DNA of 64,000 nucleotides from Patellaria atrata CBS 101060 (Eukaryota). The notes under the pieces were generated by a model. The model searched no databases. It had not been told where the DNA came from and saw nothing but the letters and a program-made list of their open reading frames with translations. The stretch covers positions 62,001 through 126,000 of the forward strand of contig MU006101.1 of NCBI GenBank assembly GCA_010093705.1. Reading direction: 5' to 3'. Made by a program: the position numbers and the translations under genes. Below, piece after piece: positions 53,509-64,000 of the stretch; the stretch's first letter is position 1, and each line of letters opens with the position of its first letter.

Positions 53509-56500
53509 ATATCTAGCGAGCACAGAAGAAGGCGGCTTGACGAATCTAATGCGGACGGAATAGGAAAGATGGAAAAAATCGCATCGATCAGCATTGAAAC
53601 ATCTTCGCCGACAATATTACGCGCAGCATGACATTCTTCGGGAGGCAAATATGGAAACACGCTACAAAAGGGGTAAAAGAGGCAAATGCTTTGTGTATGT
53701 GTGTGTTGGGTTTCGTTTTCTTCATATTGGGTTCGTGGCATCTTGTGGAGATCTCTGGGTGGTGCGGGTATGTGTGTGTGTGCATAACTCTCTGGAAGGA
53801 TTTTCTTTAAACCCGGCCGACCCTACCACTATTTTGTACTTGTACATTTTGACCCTTTTGACTTCTGCTTGGGCATTTAGCTGAAAGTGTGTGTGTAATT
53901 TGACACCCGTTGGATTTCATGATGCTCTTTTGTGATGAGTTTCGTGATTAGTTCACTGCTATCCGTGCTCATAACCTCCAGCTGCCTGTCTATCGAGTTC
54001 CTTGTCTTATCCTCATATGGATTTCAGACACTAACGTACAAATGAGCAACCCGTCCATATTGTGCCACGCTTAGTCGACCAATACTCCCTTATAACTAAC
54101 AACATCGTCCAACTTTCCCCCTTTGATATGAACCTACCCTTCAGAGAGGAATGTTATCTTTACATGGAGAATCTATATCGTCACTCCTGTACAGTGATGT
54201 ACCTTTGAAACCGAATTAATATCACTCCGAGACCGTCGTGCCTAGATTACTATAAGGAGAACGTCTACTATATCCGAGAGCTATTCTGCGACGTACGCCG
54301 TGGGTAGTAGTGCGGGTTTCGTTACAAAGTTATAGCGGCGTATTCCCGTGTGTAAGTAGCATCGTGAGTTCAGCGCAAGATATACCCACGATCTAATCTC
54401 TAAGGCACTGATAAAGGAATAGATTGTCCTCGCTTTATGGGGAAGGCTGTTCAAGAGATACGAAGACGTGTAATCAGAGGACGCCTTGGGACGGCTTCCC
54501 TCTATTTCAGTCTGTGGGGAATAGGTGGGAAATGGTGACTTGGGAAACACTCTGACACTGGGAGAAGGAGAGTGAACAAATGCACAAAATACTTCTCATT
54601 CTATGGGCATTATTTCCAAAGAAGAAGCAATCTTCTTGGATACTTCACAGGAGCAAGTTCTTTAGATCCTTCGCAGACCAGACCACATATATCGCAACAA
54701 ACGTACTAATGAAACATACATGGGAACGATTCCTTACTCAAAATGTTCTTCTTTCTATTTTGAGTATAATCACTGGTGGCACGTTGCTGTATAGGTCGTA
54801 GACAATATTCAAAAAGTACTGATCTAAAATCAGCGTCCGTTATCGCTTCACAGCGCGATATTTTCAAACAGATCCCAAATACCTCCTTCCACATTCGGGT
54901 ACAAGAAAAATTAAGGAGAATCTCATTGTCGTTCATGCACTACTGCCATCCCTTAGGGTACAACGGGTCCGAAAAGACGGTGAAAGACACCTTTCTGTAT
55001 CAACGGACTCTAGCATTAGGATAAAGGAAATACAAGTAGACCGATGTAGGAGAGGTAGGCAAACCCACATCGGGAAGATGTATGATAATTGATAAACGTT
55101 GAAAGAGTTACGGACTTGAGGTTTATAGGTTTTTGATCCGATATATATCACCACGGCCAAGAGAACCTGAAATGGCAGGCGCTACCTGTGTATTACAGAG
55201 CTCTTCCTTACCTTTGCAGCACTCGGCACCTTGCATAAACAACTTTGAAAACGAGCGACTTTCAAGCAGCCTGCGAGAGAAAGGGGCATTTATGCTACTG
55301 AAATGCTATCATTCCAATTATGTGTAGACGTTTCTTAACTCTCTCACTGACAGGCACGTGGAAGCCAATCGTTACACTTCTCGCTCTTGAGTTCTTAAGC
55401 TTTACGCCGCAGAGGGCTCTCGGGTTCGAAAACACAAGTCAATCCCACTCAGATGCACAAAGTTCTGACAAACCTAAAGAATAAAAGCTAATGTGAAGTG
55501 TAGACTATGAGTCGAAGCTCTCGATATCGGAATGATCTGGCGCCACACCTCGCGAATCTTGAAGGGTTTCGCTAATAGCCGTCCCCGTCTGCACAGACAG
55601 AGAGAGCTGTGAGACATTATTTTCAGAGCCATCAGGCCACGAAGACCCATCTGACGCACTCCAAGACGTCGTGAGACCACCTTTTGGCCACAGTCAAATG
55701 CAGTGATCTTCACGGGAATGTGTTCGAGATATGCAGATAACCGTCGCGCACCCATCAACACCGAAGGAGGTGTATCGATCAGAGAGCCAGTCAGCGTCAA
55801 AGGAGGACGGATGGCGTAACACTGAAACGGACGGGTTCCGGAATTAATCTTGATAGGTTTCAACCCAGCAAGTCACCTCGCGCTCACGGAATGCTTGGGA
55901 AAACCCCAGTGCGACTCCCCAGCACCGGATGCTGGGGACCATTTTCCATGGCTATTGGTTTCCATCACCTGAGCCACTTTCTGTCCCAAGTGGTGTAGCG
56001 GGAGAATTTATCTGTGGTTCGAAACTCCGACTCCTTGCATAATTGCATCGCAACCCGCCTGACCTGGCGAAGTCAAACGGTTTATCTCTTTGACTTCGGT
56101 GATTTGTCCTTCTCGTACTTCTTGAAAGTTGAAATCGAGTACACTTGCTTTTTATAGTGGGTGCGCCGTCGAAACTCAAAAGAGGAAAATGGGGGGGCCT
56201 CGGTCGCGCAAAAAGGCCGTCTTCTCCTTCATCACGTTATCATTGGTGGGAGTCCCCCATACTTTTCCTCGTCATAACGGGCGCCAGAAGAGCGCCAGAA
56301 AGTGACCAAGTAGGCTTTGGAACTCGCAAGACGCAAGCACAAATATTCAACCGACGGTTGTAGATCTCATCCATAGACATCCTGGATTGCGGATGAGCCA
56401 TCCATGGTTGTCATCGAGATGCCATGTTCGAGAAGAACGCAGAGAGATCAACTGTCCCACTAAGAGTAGTGTGTGTGGAATATCATAGTATCACCGACAT

Positions 56501-59060
56501 ATAGATGCTGGCAAACGATCATTCGATATTGTTCAATCAGGCGGTTGCATTTGAACTGGCCACCCTTTTGTGCCAGCAGGCTTGCTATCATAATCGGTCC
56601 TGCTGCAGATGCACACTATTTAACCGTAACTTATGGACTAAAGTTCTAGTTTTCCTGATAGGGGCATAGGGCAACACTGAACAGCTAGACTACGGGACAC
56701 TGCTACCGTAGTGGAGAAACGTGTACATGTATTGTGCATACGAACTACGAACTGCCCCGCGATGAAAGCGACCGATGGACGCTGATGCTCAACAATCCGG
56801 AATCGGGCTTGGTAGTCATCACTTTATTGAGTTGCTGAGGGGGCGTCTATCTGCCACAAACCGGTAAAGCTCAAGGACATGTATGTAAGAGCTTGATAGT
56901 CCGTACGTAGCTACGTGATGCTTTTCCCGTTGGTGGCGGACTTTGCTTAGAAACGAAGGGGAAACATCTTCAGTACAGTACCACATACAAGTGGCTACTG
57001 AACTCAATCCTTTCCTGGATTCTGATCAAGAATGAACATCGATCGTTTCTAGCGTATTGAATTGCATCTTTCCCAGCTATGAAAACTGGGGAAGTACATG
57101 TCATGTTTGCCGCTGGGTCAATTGGTAGCAGGGCTCGTTGCTAAAATAATTCATATCTGCGATATGGTGCAATCTATATCCTGCTTCTGTGTCCGGTGCC
57201 AAGGAGGGCTCTAGCCTTTCAGCGATCAATTAGAAGATTCGGCAACGGGACGACTCTTCAGGATTGGAACGGTTATGGAGCTCATCCATACCGTAACAGA
57301 ACATCCAAGGAAAGTTTTAATACCTGCCGTGGTAAGGTGCCGTTAATAACAGATCTGATCCTTTATTCCCTACTGACGGGATTGGGATTGGTGTTGGTAA
57401 ATGAATTTGAGAGGCAGTGAGAATTAACAACATGCAGTTCTGGGTTACTATCAGCGTTTCTGCGAGACTGCGCATCTCCTCAACGGTGCAACTCGACGAG
57501 GATGGTCTGCCTTTTTGATAAGTATAGAAGCACATCCCACGGTACCCTGAGATGCCGTGCTAAGAAAAAACATGTTGCTGACTCTACAACAGTGAGGTAC
57601 CTTTAATCCCAACTCTCTGTAAAAGTACCTTTATCAGTATGGATACAGATGTGACTAGCGCTTGGGATCCCCCCGGTAAATGGATTACGGAGGGGTGTTC
57701 GGCTTGATGTCGTTGGCTCCCGAAAAGAAAAGAGCGATGGCGCAGTCGGAAAAGTTGGCTTTCGTTGACTTCGGCGAGCTCTTCTGTTAACTCTCTTGAC
57801 GAAGTTGACTCTCTTCTTATGAGGCTTAGGGGCCTTTTTGCAAGCTTAACGACAATTGGTACACTAGATCAATAAGTGGAGCAAAGGGCTAACCGGTAGC
57901 CAGTCACAGGTGAGACGGCTGAAGTAGCCCCTTCCCGCGTGGAACCAAGAAGGAAACCAGCTCCGCTTGATGTTCAGACTACTGCAGATTCGAAAAACCC
58001 GCGAACAAAGACGGGAACGCTGCTAAATCAGCTAATGCCTGTATTAGCCTTTTTCCCATACATTCCAACCAATAAACCCCTTCCTTCCAATACCGTACTG
58101 TAAGGTAGGGAAAGCCTCTGAACCCAAGTTGCACCCCAGCGGGCTCCCACAGGTTCCCCCAAGTGGCCCCTTCCCTCCCCAGCACAACCTTGATCTTACC
58201 CTTCCCACTCCATTTCCTGCAAGCGCAATCTCCAGCCCAGCCCGTCTCTAATCTTCCTTCTTTCTGCCTTCCTCTCTCTCTCTTTCACAGACACAACTCC
58301 ACGACAACCTTTCAGGACGGGCATCGATATCTGCCACCGGTGGTAGGCCAAGGTTCGTGTTGTGCCGGTTCAAGAAAGAGAAATCTTCTTCATCTCGTGT
58401 CTTCCTTTCACAATCGACCTGAAGCCTTTCCATCTGCTATCGGGCGGAGAGAGAGACGCGCTGTGGTTGGAGAAGTATCACCTGCGATCGATACCCGCTC
58501 CTCTCTTCTACGCATAAGCAGACTGTTGCACGATATCACGCCCGAGCGTTTGACGAAACACCTCTCGCTGCGTATTTCTGTTTGTTCTCGATACATATTT
58601 CGTCTTCTTTCGCTCTATTCTTGTTCGCCGTTGCAGTCCGTCGGTACGTCTTCCATACTCGTGGGTTCGGGCGGTCTTTCAGCTCGCTTTCGGCACCCGA
58701 GGCCCAATAAGCCCTTGGTCCCCTCCTGTCAAATCATACCTCACGCCGTCGCATTGGGCCATAACCAACCCAACTGACAGCTTTCCAGGAACCAGTCACA
58801 CGCGAATAAGGGTCGACGCTTTTACCGACATATATAATTCACCTTGTGAGTCTCCTCTAGCCATATTCTTTGAATTGGACATCTGTCTGTATTCCTTCTG
58901 TTTGGTGCAAGGCAGCGATGCAGTCTTTCCGCCTGGTTTATAAACGCCATTACCGTACTTGAGGGTGTGTGTAGACTGGTCGAGTGTTCTCTAACAAAAT
59001 CAGCAGAAACCCATTCGAGAGAATAATCGTCGCCTTTGTCGCGTCGATAATATAACAATT

Positions 59061-60902
59061 ATGGCCACTCTTATCAGCGTTCCAAACGAGACGAGAAGCA
59101 CTTCTTCAAGAATCACGAAGGAGGGCAAGAAGATCACATACGAATTACATGTCATCCAGCAACCGGAGCGTGCTAGAGCTTGCGGTTCAGGAGCAAAGTG
59201 TATGTTGTGTTGTTTGAATTTTCAGCGTCACTGCTAACTGGGTGCAGCTTCTGCCGATAGACGCCCAGTGGATCCTCCTCCCATTGTAGAACTTCGTATC
59301 TTCGAAGGTGATGCACAAACTGGTAACGAAGTCACTTTCTCCTACAATGCCAATTTCTTCCTTTTTGCAACCTTGGAAAATGCTAGGACTATCGCTCAAG
59401 GACGCGTACAAGCCGCACCGTCGAGCTTCCCCGTACTGACAGGAACTCCTGTTGCTGGTATGGCCTATCTTGATCGTCCGAATCCTGCGGGATATTTCAT
59501 CTTCCCGGATCTATCTGTTCGTCACGAGGGCAAATATCGCTTGAGCTTCGCGTTGTATGAAGAACTGAAAGAGCCGAAGGATATGGATTCTGAAGATCAC
59601 ATGGAGCGCCCTCGCATCCAAGGAAACCATGGACTTGATGCTCACGTCTCCCATCGGCTCGAAGTGAAATCGATGCCTTTCACAGTCTTCAGTGCGAAGA
59701 AGTTCCCTGGCCTGTCGGAAAGCACAGCATTGAGTCGTATGGTCGCAGAGCAAGGCTGCCGTGTCCGTATTCGTCGAGATGTACGCATGAGGCGTCGTGA
59801 TAACAGCAAGAAGGGAGACTGGGATGAGTATGAGGATGATACTGCGTTTGATAGGGCGCGTGCTGAGAGAACTGCTACACCTGTCGGATATGGCCAACAA
59901 ATGCAAACACCCCAACCCATCATGGATGGTTCCGATCGTCCACGGTCGGTCAGTAACGCCAGCAATGCCTCGTTTGCCATGCCACAGCGTCGCCCCTCTA
60001 TTCAGGACATTTCTCAAACTTACCAAGGCTATCCTCAACATATTGCTCCCCAGAGTCAACAACCGGCATATCCACCTCAGATGGGCTATCCAGCTCAACA
60101 GGCTCCTCAGTATCAGAACCAATACCCACCACCACAACCTCAGAGCATGATGCAACCTCCTCAGCCGCAGTATCATCCAGCTGCTCACCATGCTTACCCA
60201 CCTCAACCATCAATACCGATGCCTCAGAATTATGGTTACATGCAAAATCAAGCTTATCCTTCGCAGCAGTACGAGCCTCAACAGCAGGTTCGTCACGAAC
60301 CCATGGATTACCAAAACACTCAACCGGATTATCGCCGTGCTTCTGTCGCCCAGCCTCAACAACCAACCCAGCACTATCAAAATTCAAACCAGATGATGGG
60401 CCAATATGGTAATATGGATTCTCAATATAACAGGTCACAACCCATGAACCATCCAACGCACCACACTTCGTCTACATCTGCTCCAACCACGAATGGTCAC
60501 ATGACTCCCCACGCTCTGGCTCCCTTGAAAACATTGCAACCGCCCGCGGAGAAAATTGAGCCTCATTCGCCGTCGTACATCCCTGGACCGATCACCCCTG
60601 GAACGGATGTCAACCAGCATCCTTCTTACCATGAAGCAAATCGTGCTGCTGCTACCGGGTATGCGGTACCTCAACCGACAGCTGGTAATAAACGTGCATT
60701 TGGATCTACCTTTGACACTCGCTATATGGAACAACCTCTCCGTCAAGGTGCCCGCCCGAGCGTATCCCATCAGACCGAGACTTATGATTCCGGAAGTATT
60801 AGCGACGGTGCTGATGAGGATGCACTCTTTGCAGAAAGAGCAATGAGTTACCGGAGAGCTGACGGAACTCAACGAAGCAGAAGGATACCCACAGCGAATT
60901 AG
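59061..60902 (+). CDS. veA: Velvet regulator VeA
   Basis: QQPERARACGSGAK|SSADRRPVDPPPIVEL, NANFFL, LTGTPVAGMAYLDRP, FIFPDLSVRHEG, FSAKKFPGLSESTALSR..EQGCRVRIRRDVRMRRR, Q/P-rich tail ending MSYRRADG. Intron 59200-59247. Confidence 0.95.
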
Positions 60903-62064
60903 ATTATATCATGACTTCTTGCGAAACGGCGTTAAGAGGTGTCTCATTCATCCAGGACTGCTACGACAGCGCGAACTCCATTTGCTAAGGCGTCAATTGG
61001 CGTTCACACCGACCGGGTTCATAATTTATCTCATGATATCATCCTGGGAGATTCATTGTGATTTGATGATTATTATATTGTACGAGGGGTCGGTGATGGA
61101 ATGGGCCGGATACCGCTCGGAAATTTTTTTTTTTCTGATTCTTGTTTTGAGTTATCACACTGCTTACAGTAACACAAAACTTCTATCGTCGTAATGTCGG
61201 CGAATGGCAGCAAGTAAAGACTTATCACTCGGCAATTTTCCTTGATCTATACCTGCCAGCATTTGGCACCACATCTCTTTGCGTATCTTTCTCCTTATTT
61301 GTTTGAAAATCTACCAGAACGGTCATTGAGACCGTATCATGCCAGACGGCAATTCAAAATTTATTTCAGATTTGTTTTCAATCTTACTTTGCTACTACGG
61401 AATGGTGGATCAAATCTTCGACTTGAACTTGCTCGATCACCTATGTTTTCTGTTACAATACCTTATTTGGCGGCACCGTGGGTTTCTGCAGCTTGCATAG
61501 AAATGGCGATGATGTCTTAACACAATGTCAATAGCTCGGTGCGGGAATATATCTCTAGGAAAGTATACATAGTTGAATCAATTACATGAAATAATAGAAA
61601 TGCGTCCATCACATTGAAATTGAAGCATCAACAGGAATGTGCGCGTCGCGTAATACAACCGGCAGGTTCCATTAGCGTGCACCGTTGGCTGTTGTTTGGT
61701 CAGGGGGTTCACGAGACTACGTAGAATAAAATATGACTTGAGCCCCGTCACCTTAGACTAAACAGCCGTCAATCCCCGTAATATCCGACGTTCACGACTT
61801 CTATTGTTCACCTCATTCATCTCATTCACTAATTCCGCCCTTTCAATCCCTCATGTGGACAATGGAACGTGAGCTATTGTTGTTTTTACCCCACTTTTGT
61901 ATCTAAAACAATTCTTATGACACTAACGATCTCCGCCCTTTTACGCATCTACACTCGCTCCTACTTTCTTCTTCGTGTTTTGACCCTTGACTTCTCTACA
62001 TCGTTGGACATACTTCACCACTTGAATTCTCTTCTCCAACATTGACACGGTAATTCTACCCATC

Positions 62065-64000
62065 ATGGCTGATCCAGCAACAGTAGTCATGAATCATGAG
62101 GTACGTAAATCGCTTCTCCCACAGACTGGGATGGTTTTTAACGATTTTGATGGCGAAGCAGTCAGACTCTACGCGCACACCACCACCAATCCACGACAAA
62201 AATCTAATGGGAGGCGAGACGCGTGCGTCTCGAAAACGGGCTCATAGCATCGATGAGGATGAAGGTAGCCCCTCCCCGGAGGACCCATTTGAGAACAATC
62301 ATAGCGCAAAGCGAAGCAGGTCGACGAACTGGCCTCTTAAGACGGATATGGCAGCACCTGTCCCAATTTCAAACGCCAACAGGCGACATATATCGAGTCC
62401 CGCTCGATCCTCCAAATTTCAAGAAGCTAGTATGCGGGACCGTCCAAGCGATAAACCTCCTAGTGTCTTCATGCGTGTGATGAAAGGTGTCTCGAATACC
62501 AACACGTCCATTGACCACCTCATGGATGACTACCACTCAGCAACGAATAAGGAAGAGTCGACAGGCAAGGATGAAGCTAAGCACTCGAGAACCCAGAGCT
62601 CCGCCAGTCACCGGTACGCCTCTGCCTCCTCAATGGCATCTCACGACAGTAAGGAATCTGGTATCTTCCGATTCGGCCGTTCTTTAGCGGCAACGTTCAA
62701 CCCAAACAACATTTTCCAAAAGATCAAAAATACCCGAATGTATCAAGAATCACGACAAGAATTGATTGACCAGCAGATAGCTGAAAACAAACGTTTGATG
62801 GAGGAAAGGCGCCTCAAAGCAGAGCAAGAATATGCTAAGCTAAAAGCAGCTGGTCAGCTTGGTGCTCAAAACACTAGTGTTTTCCGTTCTGAGGGCGACA
62901 TACTTTCTGCTACCAGCAATCAACGCGGATCTTCCGAAACAAACCCTCGAGATTCAGGCATAGACATGGATGACATTCGTTCATCTGTTGACTCTAAGGA
63001 CGCGATCCAGCAAAAAATCAATCACCCCGTTGCACCAGTACCCGGTTCAAAGGTAGCCGGCACTCCTCGCATGAAAGTTGCTCCCACACCCGGTCCTAGT
63101 TCAACGAGGAAGAGCTCGTTCCACTTCCGTACCCCTTCTCTGTCCGATCTCAAGAAAGTTAAATCGCATATCAACTTTCATGGAGATAAAGCACCCTTAT
63201 CAGTCACTTCTGAACGGACACTTCCAGATACGCCTAGAAGCAGAGAGGTTCGGAAGGAACAATCGAAGAAAGACTTTCAGAGGCAGGTCAAATTGACCAA
63301 GCGAGTGAGTGATCTAGAGTCAAAGCTACAGGAAGCTCGACGCGAATTGAATGCGGCCCTTGGTGTTCCTCCGGTTCCTCAAGTCCCTGCTCTCCCAGAT
63401 GTAATAAGGTCTGCGGCCAACTCGCGAGCTTCTTCCCCGATGAAGAAGAGCTTTGTTCTTGGAAGGCTACCAACTCTGCCATCTGAGCGCCTACTTTTCC
63501 CGGAACAGCTCGATACTCATGTTGACGATTCTCATGAAGAAAGTCCATCCAAGTTTGGCGACCATGTTGAGACCCATGAGGGGACCGCATCTCATGGAGC
63601 TCTTTCCTCTCTATCGGACAATGAGAACGATATTGATGAACTGAGCTTACCTGGACATCCAAGCACTAAACCTCGAAAAATGGTTGATAACGACGAGAAC
63701 AAGCGTCCGACCGCACCTGCTAAGCTGAGGAAGATGCCCCTCAAGAAGACCACCGCTAAGAAGCGCAAGAGCGGCGATACCGATGACCTTCATTATAAGC
63801 CTGACGCTGAGAGTGACGATGACGCAGAATGGGACGTAGCTACCACGAAGACACCAAAAAAGAGACGTGGAATTCCAAAGCCTGTCACCGCCAAATCGAC
63901 ACCCACGAAACTCGTCAAGAAAACCACTGTCAAGACCACCCAAGTGGCCACCAGTGATACCGATGTTGTTGTTGAAGCATTCGAACAAGAAGAGGACGTC
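62065..64000 (+). CDS. Fungal hypothetical, probably nuclear, protein; 3' end beyond the window
   Basis: Exon 62065-62100, intron 62101-62161, then a frame open to the window edge with GIFRFGRSLAATFNP, SSFHFRTPSLSDLKKVKS and a coiled coil QVKLTKRVSDLESKLQEARREL. Confidence 0.8.

Noticed and set aside
55916..55938. Perfect 9-bp hairpin TCCCCAGCA/TGCTGGGGA
   Set aside because: Isolated; expected by chance in 64 kb.
58163..58777. 204-aa GTG-start ORF upstream of veA
   Set aside because: No ATG, low-complexity C/T-rich leader sequence, no motif.

Overview
Gene-dense chromosomal segment of a filamentous ascomycete (Pezizomycotina; inferred from GT-AG introns with CTRAC branch points and from CHS7 and velvet genes). 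Fifteen apparently intact genes are supported: utr4 enolase-phosphatase, ssl1 (TFIIH p44), chs7, an MFS sugar porter, pmt2, a CDC50/LEM3 flippase subunit, an M43 metalloprotease, a 7xCCHC GIS2/Byr3 protein, an F-box protein, sae2/ctp1, spt23/mga2, an I9-type protease inhibitor, pcf11, adk1 and veA. A sixteenth, hypothetical gene runs off the right edge. Several spacers hold decayed coding relics, most clearly a Clr5-ankyrin pseudogene at 42.8-45.9 kb. The most unusual features are: (i) a 933-nt ssl1 intron carrying same-strand nested coding-like sequence, with an in-frame duplication whose TAG aligns to TGG in the sister copy, plus a Cys-rich ORF; (ii) a ~100-nt tRNA-like/Pol III-like structured element at 12.24-12.34 kb; (iii) a candidate poison exon in the GIS2 intron. 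No intact transposon, rRNA or CRISPR was seen. Exon boundaries were read by eye and no database searches were run.
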